64,000 nucleotides of DNA, taken from contig CM022669.1 in the NCBI GenBank assembly GCA_012295275.1, forward strand, positions 15,190,001 to 15,254,000. Direction: 5' to 3'. The position numbers and the translations under genes were made by a program. Below, one piece after another: positions 41,663-56,030 of this stretch. The notes under the pieces are model-generated. The model was not told where the DNA came from, made no database searches, and saw only the letters and a list, made by a program, of their open reading frames with translations. The first letter of the stretch is position 1; each line of letters opens with the position of its first letter. The DNA is from Chrysomallon squamiferum (taxonomy: Eukaryota > Animalia > Mollusca).

Positions 41663-41887
41663 ATGAGTTCATTTAGCATAAGATTTCCTTGATTTTAGCA
41701 CGGTTGTCGTCGTCGTAATCATCATCACCATCATCATCATCATCATCATCATCATTATTATTATTATTATAATTATTACGATGAAATAACTGACAATTAC
41801 GTACATGACAGAAATAAATATGTTTAATACGTTTCAGAAAAATCAATTTAATATTCCAGAAATGACTGTCTAAGTAATCCCATTAGA

Positions 41888-41925
<38 letters not shown>

Positions 41926-42034
41926 TATAAATACATATACATTTGTCATATGTTTATTTAAAGAAAAGATGAATAAAGCAAAGTTACATACGTCATATGT
42001 TATGTTATTTTGTAATATTATCAGTAATACATAC

Positions 42035-42058
42035 CTCGTTTGACGTTAACAGTCTCCG
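42035..42058 (-). CDS. Dpr/ZIG-8-like gene B: 24-nt stalk microexon (A)ETVNVKR(G)
   Basis: Minus strand ttcctttcag|cggagactgttaacgtcaaacgag|gtatgt; phase 1-1; homologous to 8335-8358. Confidence 0.9.
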
Positions 42059-42228
42059 CTGAAAGGAATACGTTAAAAATAGTGTTAAATCATTCATATA
42101 AAAATGATATTAGAATAAATACTCACACGAATATATAAAGAATATGTCAATGAGATTAGAGCTGATGTGTGTGTGTGTGTATGGTATAGTGTGGTGTGAA
42201 TATGAGAGAGAAAGATTATAATATAATC

Positions 42229-42322
<94 letters not shown>

Positions 42323-43006
42323 GATATACACAGATTAACATATATAATTATATGCAAACGTAGAATAAAACACGTACTTTTAGAGAAACAGAGAGACCCA
42401 CAGACACATACAGACTCTTAGTGAGAAATATACAGAGAAAAATGATAAAAACAGCGATTCACAAAGAGAGAAACAGAAAGAAACAGACTGAGAGAGAATA
42501 TATGATGTTTAATAGATCATAATATCATAGTATCAATATATATATATAGATATAGATATATATACATGTACGTATTATTTATTTAATTCAAAGTTATTGA
42601 AAAATGTTTACAACTTGAAAAGCAGATCTGAAGGAAATCTTAAAAAACAAAAACATAAGATTACATCTCCTACGACATTGTTTTCTTTACTCATTATAAT
42701 TTTCGTTTTTTTTTCATCTATGTGTATATATATATATATATACTACTACATTATTAGATCTTGTGTGTGTGTATGTGTGTGTGTGTGTTTCTGTGTGTGT
42801 GTGTGTGTATGTGTATGTGTGTGTTTCTGTGTGTGTTTGTGTGTGTGTATATATATATATATATATACACACATACACACACACAGAGAAACACACAGAT
42901 ACAGACACAAGATCTAATAATATTTTTCAAAAATAAACCTTCATTACGTCATTCATCCATTTATCATTTCGCTGTCGTTTAAAACTTCCATAACACGTCC
43001 GCTTAC

Positions 43007-43297
43007 CGTTCAACACGTTAACCCTTCGACTCTTTATCTGCAGGTCAGACGTGCGACATATGTACAAACCCGCGTCGGACATCTTTGCGTCCTTGATCTC
43101 CAGAATGCTTAAAATAGTCCTTGTGGTCAACGAAACACGTTTTTGGATGTAAATCTTCTTTGCATAGTTTGTTTCCAGCTTATCGCCGTTCTTAAACCAG
43201 TCTATCTCGTCCGGCGGATGAACAGAGCCCGTAGCATTGCACGTGAGACGCACGTTCATGCCTTTTTCCACGTAGCGTGTGCCTTTGATTTTAATAG
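43007..43297 (-). CDS. Dpr/ZIG-8-like gene B: Ig2 domain exon (IKIKGTRYVEKGMNVRLTCNATG...DAGLYICRTSDLQIKSRRVNVLN)
   Basis: ccgttccag|...AACG|gtaagc; 291 nt, phase 1-1; Ig consensus C, W and DxGxYxC; lies inside ORF 42927..43394. Confidence 0.95.
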
Positions 43298-43570
43298 CTG
43301 GAACGGTAATAAAAAGGAGGTGAGGTTTAAAAATGTTTAGGAAAATGAACAATATGTAAAGAAAGCCCTGAAAGATTGCAGGTGAAACATGCATTTATTT
43401 TCATTTCTACGTAACGTAAGCTTTTAGTTTTAAGAGAAACAAGAATTAAATTGACTAGAATAAAGTAATATTTATAGGGATTCGATAAGATTTTATCTTT
43501 TCAGTGCCTTTAATAATACCGATTAGGCAAAATCGAAAAGAGAACTAGTGTAATGTTTTGACTTCTATTT

Positions 43571-43662
<92 letters not shown>

Positions 43663-43703
43663 AGAGAGACAGACAGACATATATATTTGAGCGTGCTACA
43701 TAC

Positions 43704-43724
43704 CTGCAGTTCCATTTTGCACAG
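43704..43724 (-). CDS. Dpr/ZIG-8-like gene B: 21-nt Ig1-Ig2 linker microexon (P)VQNGTA(A)
   Basis: Minus strand gttatttcag|ctgtgcaaaatggaactgcag|gtatgt; phase 1-1; NGT sequon; same position as the gene A linker microexon. Confidence 0.75.
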
Positions 43725-44559
43725 CTGAAATAACATAGTGACTAATTATTTAACGATAAATTTCTCGGAATTATTTAAATCGTACATATCAAAACAGTAA
43801 AAAAAATAATAAAAAAATAAAGAAATTATAATAATAACAATAACAAATAGCAAAGAAAAAAAAATCATCTAATATAAAGCTGCAGAAGAGAAGAAAGAAT
43901 TAAAGAAAGAAAAAGTAAATCAATATGGTAACAGCGAATGTTGCAGGTGTCTCAAGGTCTCAAGTAAGTTCTATTTTATTTACGATAAACGTTAAACTTC
44001 ACTGCATGCTCCTTACACAGATAATTAATAATTTGCCTTTACGAGCGGACATGCTTGTAATAATAATAACAATTTCTATGTGTCGATATGAATAACACGT
44101 TCAACTGGAGGTCGAAAGACCAGAGGCCCGAGCGATTTCTATTTTATATTGCTTACTTTAGGTCGGATATTATTCCCTAACGAAAACTGGTTAACGACTC
44201 AATGGCGACATGAATATAATTAGTTATAATAAGTAAATTGAAAATGTGATACAAACCTGGTTTTACTCGCTTAGGCGTCGTCCTAGCTGCAAAAGATATA
44301 AAATAGAAAATTAAAAAAAACAAAAAAAAACAAAGAAAGACTATTTTAATTTTATATGCTCGCATTTTCTTTTTCCGAAAATGTACAGTTTCAAGGGATA
44401 TGTGAAGATTATAAGAATGTAAGGATGATTTTGTTACGACAAATTGGTCTGCACTATAATTTTAAACATTATTCTTTGTAATAATATTAAGATATATTTA
44501 TTTGTTTATTTATTTATTTATTTTATCTTATCTTGAACATACATACATACATACATACA

Positions 44560-44593
<34 letters not shown>

Positions 44594-45877
44594 CATACAT
44601 ACATACATATAAATCACATACTCACATGTGTTGATTTATAATTAATTTATCTTCGCTATTATTATTCCTATTAACGATGAATCGAACCACACTATTTTTG
44701 TTCCATTTACTTGTGTTGGCGTCATTAGTTACGCAATAATACAATAATGCGATGACGTCATGACTTATCAGACATGTCACAAGAACTCAGTGTTAGATGT
44801 GTATAATCGGATTACTGGTGTTATGTTCTCTAGATAATATTATGAAATGTTTATCGACTATTTGTTTAACTGTACAAGGAAAAACTGGAAACAGAATCTA
44901 TTACGGTATTTAAAGGTAAACATCGAGTGTGGTTTAATTGTCGTTTTCTTTTCTTTTCCTTCTTTTCTTTCTTTCTTATTTTTTATTTTTATTTTTTTTT
45001 TTTTTTTTTTTTTTTTTTCTTGTTTATTTTTATTTTTTTTTCAGTACTGTATTAATCTTTTGGGGATGTAAGGTTTGGTCGTTTAACAAATTTTCTTACA
45101 TTCCAAATAATAGTAAATTTCCAATTTTCTTTACAACGTTTTATAAACAAAACAACAACAACAATAAAAATTCACTTTTTCAGTTTATCTGTATGAAGTG
45201 TCTTTATTTATTCATTACGTTTTAAAATTTCCCTTTTTTTATTTAACACCTTGCTTTTCTTTTTACTATCTTTCTTTCCTTTTTATTTCTTCTTTCTTTC
45301 TTTGTCTTCTTCTTATTATTATATTATTATTATTATTATTATTATTATTTTTAATCTTTTTAAATATCTTTCTCTTTATCTTATTTCCTTCTTTTTATTC
45401 CGATTTTCTTTCAATTACTATATCATTATATTTTTTTCTTTATTATTATTTTTTTAAATATTTCTTTTAAATTGCAGTTCCTGGTTCAACCTTATATCGA
45501 TTGGTAATTTGTAAAACATATTTCATCTTGTTATCGTTGTCATTACTTATATCTAATAACCGCAGTAAAAAAAAAAAAAAAAACCGCTCTGATTAGATCG
45601 GCGGACCTCCATTAAAACGAGTATCCTGGATGATGGATTGGTAATTTATTTGTCGACAGTTCCAGTGTAGTCTTCATTTCAATTGGATTTATTTTTTCAT
45701 ATTTTCAGATATCGCTGTAAAGCGAAGAACAGATTCTTTACGAACGAGAGATGTAAATCGTGATATTATAGAATTATGGAAACATATTTTCTTTGTCTCT
45801 GGAGAAAACTGTTATTGTTGTTTGTTGTTTTTGTTGTTATGGTTTTCAGTAGTAGTTTTTTATATTATTATTAGTAT

Positions 45878-45937
<60 letters not shown>

Positions 45938-48172
45938 CAGTAGTAGTAGTAAGAGTAGTACGTAGTAGTAGTGGTAGTAGTAGTAACAGCAGTAGGAGTA
46001 GTAGTAATAGAAGTAAGTAGTAGTAGTAGTAGGAGTAGTAGTAACAGTAGTAAGTAATAGTAGTGGTAGTAGTAGTTGCAGGAGTAGAAGGTGGAATAAT
46101 AATAGTAGTATTTATTCATATATTTATTCTTACTTTTAAAAACATTATCTGTATTAGAGTTGAAAACGTGTATATTATTGTATTTGTGTGTATGTGTTAT
46201 GTTTGTGAAACGAGTTTGTGTACGTGCATCGGTGTATTCACGTGCACGTGTGCTTACTCGAGCGTTTAGCTGGATGCATGCTGCTAGATTTGGTATCGCT
46301 ATTCTTTTTCTTCATTATTTTAGTCTTTTACTTTTTACTCTTTTTTTAAATGACAAACAAGAAATCGCTTTTCACTCAATGCTTTATCATAAAAAAAGAA
46401 ATAAAAATTTACGACGTGCTAACTTTTAACATAAAGTGTCCATAAACGAGACCAGAAATGAAAAAAGTAAAAAGAAAATAACAACAAAAGAAAACAAAAA
46501 ACACACAAAAAAATGTAAAGGCCACAAATCCAGGACAGATTCTCTTTAAAATAATCACGTATGCAAAACTCGATTTCAATTTTAACTGAATTCATCGGCA
46601 TTCAAGACAGATAATCTCTAGACTTCTAACAAGGTCGGAAGAATTAGATTTGAAGCGAACTGCTCAACAACAGAGCATTGTGGATACGTAATCTAAAGGC
46701 ATCTGTTTGGTTTCATCGCCTCAGGAACCACCCAAAAACGAACCATCACGATAGACATTAGACGCAGAGTCGAGTCAAATAACGCGAAATTTATCCCGTA
46801 TCTTTTCAACGTGGAGAACACCTCCAGCGAGATATATACACGAAAAAAAAAAAAGAGAGAAAAAAAAAGACCAAAAAACTGCAATCGTTTGAATAGAACA
46901 GGTGTTTTTCGTTCTTGCTAACTAAAGGTTCTTCAGACTAAAGGTAGCAAAGAGTATGGTTTTAACAGTAGTGGAGAAATGAGAGTTAGACGTATATTGA
47001 TTAATTTGTTGTTTCTTTTTTGTTGTTGTTGTTGTTTTTTAGGTTATATGATAGTTATATCTGGCGTTTGAAAAAAATAAAAATAAAAATAAAACACTGT
47101 GGTGAATATTATTAAAGAAAAAAACAAACAAGAATTTGTTTTCAATTTAGTGAAAGTTGTAATTGGATTAGTGTCGTGTTTTTTTTGTTTTTGTTTTTTG
47201 TGTCTTTTTTATTGGTTTTCTTGAATGTAGCGATGTATGTACGTGACTGTATGTTTGTGTATATATGTATGTATGTATGTATTATGTATGTATGTATGTA
47301 TGTCTGTATATACAAATATACGTATATGTATATATGTATTTATTAATAAACGTACGTGTATTTATTTCCTTGTTCATAAATTTAGTTTTTGCCTCCAGCT
47401 TTCACTACTCTTTAAGACAATAATAACATTAAAAAGTATTTATTCAACTTTTTTCTTTTCTTCTTTTTTTCTTCAGATTACTAATGAAACATAAAATTAG
47501 AAAAATTCAAAAAAAAAAAAAAAATTAAAATTTTAATTCAAAAAAATTAAATGTAATTATAACCATTTGATGTGTTCTTTTCTGTTTTATTTGAATTACT
47601 TTAAGCTCTTTGAAATCGTTTCTAATTGCATTCCGGGTTACTGGCGCTCGCCTTCAGATGTAAGGGAGATAACTAAGTTTTCGATTCGGAGTCCATTATG
47701 TGAAATCGCCTGAATCGTTTGCCGTAAGTAGATTTAACTGTGACGTAATAGATAATTCACGTTAATGAGAACCAGACATGGTTTTGTTTGAAGTTTTTTT
47801 TCTTTTTTCTTCTGTTTCTTTCTTTCTTTCTTTTTCTATTTTTTTTTTTTTTTTTTTTTTTTGTTTTTGTTTTAATAAGTTTAATTTTATGACTGTTTTA
47901 TTGTGATTTGGTATTTCAGTGGAAAAATTTAGTTAATTTAGAAATGTTTGAATTTCCCGCCATTACAACAAAATACAAAATGTCGATAATTAAGAGCTAG
48001 CACGAGTTTTAGTATTATTGTTAATGTTACGGTCGGGGATATTATTGTTAATAACAATGATGACTGTCTTATAATTATAACTATTATTATTGTTGTTGTT
48101 GCTGCTGCTGACATCGAAGTTGTTGATGTATTATTATTTACATTGATGTTATTATTGTATTGTTCATATTGC

Positions 48173-48266
<94 letters not shown>

Positions 48267-48317
48267 GTTATTATTATTATTATTTTCTGGAATTTTTGGA
48301 TGATATTTTAACAAAAA

Positions 48318-48357
<40 letters not shown>

Positions 48358-48525
48358 GTAATAATAATAATAATAACAACAACAACAACAATAAAATAAA
48401 TACAAATTGAATTTTGCAAAATCATTGCTTTCTATTATTATTATTATTATTATTATTATTACTGTTGTTGTTGTTGTTGTTGTTGTTATTTTCTTTACGT
48501 TGTCTTTATGCAACCTAACATGTAC

Positions 48526-48566
<41 letters not shown>

Positions 48567-48649
48567 TGTGTGTATGTGTGTGTATATGTGTGTGTATATA
48601 TGTGTATATATGTGTGTGCGTGTGTGTTAAAACGACTACAACGACTTAC

Positions 48650-48863
48650 GTATGACGTGCATGCTGACGTTCCACCGGAGAAATCTCGCTCGCGAGCTGA
48701 CCTGACATTCGTAGACGCCGGCGTCGTCACGTCGTACCTGTCTGATGACGAGGTTCCACTCCGGGTGCAGAGGAACGTGCTCCACCGAAATCCTTCTGTC
48801 CTCTACAAACGTCCGCTGTCCTATGGTCAGTGGGTTCGGGTCCGACATTCGGCGCCAGATAAC
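48650..48863 (-). CDS. Dpr/ZIG-8-like gene B: Ig1 C-terminal exon (VIWRRMSDPNPLTIGQRTFVEDRRIS...WNLVIRQVRRDDAGVYECQVSS...MHVI)
   Basis: gcgcag|GTT...ATAC|gtaagt; phase 0-1; the motifs W-x-R, LT-x-G-x-x-TF-x-x-D-x-R, WNL-x-I and D-x-G-x-YECQVS are characteristic of Dpr-family Ig1. Confidence 0.95.
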
Positions 48864-49820
48864 CTGCGCATGCAATAGAATCAGATGGATGAGGAGGTGA
48901 AAATGTTGTTTAAATTAACAGAGAATTGAGTGAATGAGTAATGGATGTAAGTTTAAATGGAAAGAGAAGCTGTGAAATAAAGAACATTATTTCGGTGGAG
49001 AATGAATGATTTTTTTTTTTCTGGATGAAATGTTCAAAACAAGAAAAATGTTTAAATTTTGCGAAAACAGTGTTTATTGTTGTTGTTGTTGTTGTTGTTG
49101 TTGTTATTATTATTATTATTACTATTATTATTACTACTACTACTGCTTAAAAGCGATGTGCAGTAGTAGTTGTAATAATAATAGTAATAATATAGTAGTA
49201 CTAGTAACAGTAGCTAGTAGTATTAGTATTAATAACAGTAGTAGTAGTAGCAGAAGCAGTAGTAGTAGTAGTAGTAGTAGTAGTAGCAGTAGTAGCAATA
49301 GAAGTTGCAGAAATGGTAATGGTAACGACAGCCACAATCTTATTCAGTTATAATTTTATTCTATTCTGTATTATTATCTACTTCCACTTCTTGGAACAGA
49401 TAAAAATTAAATGACTGGTAATTAACTATAACAAAACAACATTATTAACGAAACAACAAGAAAAAAACAAAAACAAAAAATCCCAGTCTTCTAAAGATAA
49501 ACTCCACTTATCATTTGGAAACACACCCCTCTCACCCAACACAGTAAAATACACATCTTCCTATTCTGGGGAGTTTGATTTAGCTGACTGCACCCAGTAA
49601 CTCTAACATTAGGCTGTAAGTGGTGCTTAGAAACTCGATGGGTTTTTTAACCAAGTGGAAGGTGTTGTCGAGAGAAAAAAAAAAAAAAAAAAAAAAAACG
49701 TAAAAGAAGGTTTGCTTTTTTTAATGTAACTAATCTGAACAGACTGAGTGTGTTTATTGTATTTATCTACAATTCTCCGAATTGAACACATGTGGTATTT
49801 TAACTTTTTCTCCGTTTTTT

Positions 49821-49854
<34 letters not shown>

Positions 49855-50374
49855 CTTTTTTTTTTTTTTTTTCTTCTGAATTTGATTTTCTTTCTTTCTT
49901 TGATTTCTTTTCGTAAGCTTTATGGATTAGATTTTAAAAAGCTCGTGATTTGCAGTTAAATTTATTTTTGATTTGCGCTGTATAAAACAAAAAGAAAGGG
50001 AGTTTAGTAATAATGATTTAAAATTTCTTTTAAAGAAACGTTTTACTTCATCAAAACAATATCAATAAAGCAATGGTAATAGAAACTGTTTACTGTTCTG
50101 TTTATTCTGCTACATAATCACTACCACAAATATTATTACTTATACTACAGTTAGTACCACTACAACAATTTATACTGTACATGCAACAACTACCACTGTA
50201 TATTACTGTTAGTATTACTGCTATTGCTGATACGGCCTCTACTAATAGTTCTACTATTACTACCTCCACCACTGCTACAACCATTACTACTACACCTACT
50301 AATATTAATATCACAAATAATATTATTGCTATTACTTCTGTTTCTGATATTGCTACAGCAACTATGTACTGCTT

Positions 50375-50765
<391 letters not shown>

Positions 50766-51462
50766 CAATATCTCTACAATTACTGCTACTAATGCTATAC
50801 TGCTACTGAATTACAGTTAATACAACAGCTTCTGTTGCTAATGCTTCTGGTACTATTACCATTACTGCTCCTGAGAATACTAGGATACTATTTCTAATGT
50901 AATTGAATTCAGTAATATTTTATTATTAATATTACTGATGAATATAGTAAACCGCTGTACAGCCACATTAGTAACTACATATTCAAACTGATCTACTAAC
51001 AATAGCGAGAGTATGTAATACATATTTAATAATAATATATATGTTTACTATAGGGACTGGAAAATGGGTTGTTACCGAGGTTGTGTTTGTTGTTGTTATT
51101 ATTCTGTTACTGCTAATACAACAGCGACTGATGCTACTTCTGCTTTCACTACTGCTGTTACTACTACTACTACTACTGTAAATGCTACTATTACTTATTG
51201 TTATTATTAGTACTACATCTGCCATTATTAGTCCTGCTATTATCATTATCAATACTATTGATATTACTATTACTACAACTATTACTACTACAGCTACTAT
51301 TACTACTATTACAGTTAATGCTATAATAATACTAATACCACTACTATTTAACACTAACTACTAATAATATTAAACTACTATTTCTGGTGGAGTTACTACT
51401 ACCACTGGTGTTGTTATCATCGTCACGATTATTATTATTATTATTATTATCATTATTATTAC

Positions 51463-51561
<99 letters not shown>

Positions 51562-51616
51562 TGTTGTTGTTGCTGCTGCTGCTGTTGTTGTTAAATAACT
51601 AGTACCGGTGACAAAC

Positions 51617-51747
51617 CTTTTTGGTTCCTAGATTAGCAACAGAACATTTCAAGCGCGCTAGGTCTCCCTCTGTGAACGTGAAGTTTGTTTCTGTGGTGAT
51701 AAAACTCGGCTCCACTCTTTTCTTTGTCTTCTGTCGCTGTCTGAATG
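51617..51747 (-). CDS. Dpr/ZIG-8-like gene B: Ig1 N-terminal exon (A)FRQRQKTKKRVEPSFITTETNFTFTEGDLARLKCSVANLGTKK
   Basis: tctctgtttccag|...AAG|gtttgt; phase 1-0; P-x-F...G-x-x-A-x-L-x-C-x-V-x-NLG is the Dpr Ig1 start; joins in frame to 48863. Confidence 0.92.
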
Positions 51748-53167
51748 CTGGAAACAGAGAAATAACACAGATCAGCATTGAAAAACAGATTCAGTTAATA
51801 CACATACATACATACATACATACATACATACATACGTACATGCATGCATAGATACATACATACATACATATATAAATGCATTCATACATTCATACACATA
51901 CATACATAAATACATTCATAGATACATACATACATATGTATATTTGTACAGTGATTTGCTCTGATAACGCTATTCTAAGACATTAACTTTAATTAACGTA
52001 CCTAAACTAAATTCGTTATGTAATACTTAAATTATAATTGACGTAGAGCGCATACTAGCGATACTCACTGACACATTTATTACATATATTGTTAAAACAT
52101 CGACTATTTCCCTTTTAAAAATACGACTTAATTTAACCATTGCAATGATTTCCTTTCTGTAAGTGTTTCAGACGTTGTTCAAAGTTATGATTGGTATTGT
52201 AATTTTAAAACTTCTGGAGAAGTATTAGCCATACTTCCCATGTTTAACTTCACATCTTTGTTACTTGAAATATAGCTGGGGTCTCATATAACTATTTCTT
52301 ACATTTATAATCCTAGCTCAAATACTTCTTTTAACAGTCTATGAAGTAATTTCGGTTTCAAAAGATAGGTTTTCGCGATTAATCTTTACTGTCTTATAAT
52401 AATAAATTATATAAACAAAATCAGTTTTCATGCACTGTAAACTTTTTCTGTTTTAATGGAGTGTGTGTATATAAACAAAATACGGTTGAAGGTCAGTTTT
52501 CAAAGCTACACGTACTGTTGTATACAATTTGCAATATATGCTATAGGCTAAGTAAATTAAAATAGAAATCATTTTGTAAAAAAAAGTATTCAGATCAAAC
52601 AAAATAAAACTGAATCCAGTCGGAAAAGAAAAGAAAAAAAAAAGTAAGAAAAAAAGAAAGAAAAAACGTTTATCGTCTTCTACGAACACAAAACCAATTG
52701 AAAACCAGTTTTCAAAAACACATTACATTCTGATAAATACAGTTTATAACAGTATTCTCTCAAATTAATTAACTGTCGAGATGAATTATTATTGATTTGT
52801 GTTTGGCTCTGTATTCGTGTTGGTACGTTGAAAACATATTTCATTGCACAGCGAAAAAAAAAAAAAAAAGAAAAGATCGGACATTCATTTACTCAACGTA
52901 ATAAACCTTATCTTAAACGCGTAATACTGTGCCAGCTGTGTAATGTAAAATTATATTTGCACAACAATTTAATACTCAAAAGTAACGAGATGAAAGAAAC
53001 GTATATCTGTTACGAGAAATCATACGCTTATTGTCAGAGTTAATATTCACCGTTATTTTTTTCCAGCCTCTTTTGGCAAACTGTGTTTCTGTGCATCTTT
53101 TCATATCTTTATGTGTTTTTGTTTGTTTAATTTTTTAAACTTTTATTTCATTTATATGCAAGAGAGT

Positions 53168-53308
<141 letters not shown>

Positions 53309-55149
53309 CGAGAGAATGTGCGGAAGGATGGAAATATTAATGACACCAACGCAAAAACTTTTACAAAAATATTCAGAATACATCAAACGTGTGATAAAAT
53401 CTTATTCTATTAATAATTAAATATAACTGTTATTTCAGTAAGAATATTTTAGTTAGAAATATTTGTGGATTAGCCAATAATAAAGGAACATTTTGAAAAA
53501 AGAATCCTCTGTGGCTAATCTCTTTGTTCAAAGTGAGGAGTTTCTAACTTCAAAATGCCAAACATAAACCATTTTCTACATCCTTTTCACTTTTTATATT
53601 ATTTTATTAAATATAAAGGTAAAGACTATTTTCAGCAGAACTGGCTTGACTCAAAGCTGATATTAACATTAACAGGAAAAAGAAAAGATAAAAAAAAAAA
53701 AAAAAAAAAAAAAAAAGAGAGAAAAAACTGAAAGTGGGAGGCACAGAGAGAAAATGTTAACATCGTCTCCGTTGGGAATTGGTTTGATGCAAGGTAACCT
53801 GAACCCCAGTGTAGCTAAATACGCTACCTTGTGGCTTGTCTCCATTTATATTTTCACCATACTTTAGGCAATATGTAATTAGACAGACTGGTGTTATCAT
53901 ACGCACTGTGTAAATGCCACACCGGTAAAAGTGAACTGTTTATGACTGAATGTTTGAGAAAACAAATCGATAAACGGAGGCACGGATTAGCATCATTACG
54001 GAAGAGAAATTTTCAAAAATAGCCACCCAGACTTTGAGGTTTGTGCCACAAGCATATTATCGTTAAAGCATAGGGTCTGTTTACCTTCCCATCCAGTGTA
54101 TTTTACTTTTTATTATTATTTTTTTTACCCATCTATCTCTGGCTTTCTGTTTTATCTCTTCTATTTTCTGTATGTGTGTAATCTTTATAATTCTGTTACG
54201 TCCGCAATACTTTATGTAAAAAAAATAACAGAACGTAAACAGCCTGCGTATAAACTAACTAGGATAAGTTTTTGTATTTAATTCTCACTCACTTGTGTTT
54301 TTAATAAATATTACTGTAGTACGGTTTAATAGCCTAATATATATCTAAATATAATATATTACGGTCTTCTTTTTTTTATAAAACAAAATCGTAAATTTTT
54401 TAAACAAAGATATGCAACTCATTTCATGTTACGGCCATTATTTGTTCATTCATTCGTTCATTTATTCATTATTTTATTGTATTTTATTTTATTTTATTAA
54501 CATATGTGTTTGTTTGTTTATATATTAATTTATTAATAATTAACTTACTCATTAATACTTCGTAGGTAGTCATTATAATTTTTTTCGCCTTTTTTTTTAA
54601 ATCTAGTATTTCATGAAACATTATTTTCAGCAACATAAAAAAAAAAACAGAAAAAAAAATTAAATTTATTAAATGTTTTCTGCAACAAAAAATTGAGAGA
54701 AACAAAAAATTACTTATTAAATGTTATATATAGGGATTCTCATTTTAATTTTCAATAAAGAAGAAAATAAAAAAAAATACTCCTAATAAATAAATGGGCC
54801 ATAAACTCTAGAATTAATCAAAAAATAATGCTCGTCATAATAATTCGGTCATACGTTGAACGGTAAGCTAGTCAATTAGTTTAAATCTTTCAGAATGTTT
54901 TACCCAAAGACATACATTTATGGTTAATTTAATTTTGTACCAACGTGAAGGAAACAGCTGGGGACCTCATAAAGCATCGAGCTTGAGAGTATAAATATTA
55001 AAAATTTATCGATAACCTGAAGTTTAAACTCGTTAACATTATTGATAGACGAAACATTACTGTAAAGAGAAACACTGAGCTTATAAAAGCTAAGTCTTGT
55101 ATGAACAGGGTAATAGGAATTTTAAGGCTTTATTGTTTGTTGAAGTGGA

Positions 55150-55178
55150 TGATTATGATGGTGATGATTATGATTATG

Positions 55179-55267
<89 letters not shown>

Positions 55268-55480
55268 CATTATTATTATTATTATTATTATTATTGTCAT
55301 AATGATTATCATTATCAATATTATTATTATTATAAAGATTATCATTATCATTATCGTTACATTATTGTTATTATTATTAACATGATGATGATGATGATGA
55401 TTATTATTATTATTATTATTACTATTATTATTATTATTATCATTATTGTTGTTGTTGTTGTTGTTGCTATTATTATTATA
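55150..55480. repeat. (ATT)n/(ATG)n trinucleotide tract
   Basis: Direct observation. Confidence 0.9.
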
Positions 55481-55992
55481 TATCAGTAGGCCAGTGAAAA
55501 TAGAACGTGGAAGGAAGAATAAATATTTTATTTGACGAAGCACTGAACTAATTTTTAATTATGGTTAGAAGGTGTCATAAAATATGGCAGAAAAAAACAA
55601 CGACGTAACCAGGAGCTACATATCCGCGTGCTGCAGTTTTCAGTTAGCGGTAAGTAATGTGACACACGGACCTTCCCAAAGACTGGAACATATATATATC
55701 ACGTAATTAATAACACTGTGGCAGGTATAAGAAGTGTTAACAGAGAACTGAGGAGTACTTAAACATGAAAACTTGGAACACTTCATGTCTGTGTTCTGTT
55801 ACTATGCAATGCATCATCTCAGAAATCCAACAGGTGTATCGAAAGTGATGATACATGATTTAATATCTTTAAAAAATGAATGTGACGCTTGTGGATATTT
55901 TTTGCATGTGTGTGTGAGTGTGTGTGTATGTATATATATATATATGTATATGTGTGTATGTATGTATGTATATGTGTGTATGTATGTATGTA

Positions 55993-56030
<38 letters not shown>

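Noticed and set aside
44157-44176. Minus-strand candidate microexon ending at a gtaagc donor in gene B
   Set aside because: 20 nt would shift the frame, and the longer version contains a stop.
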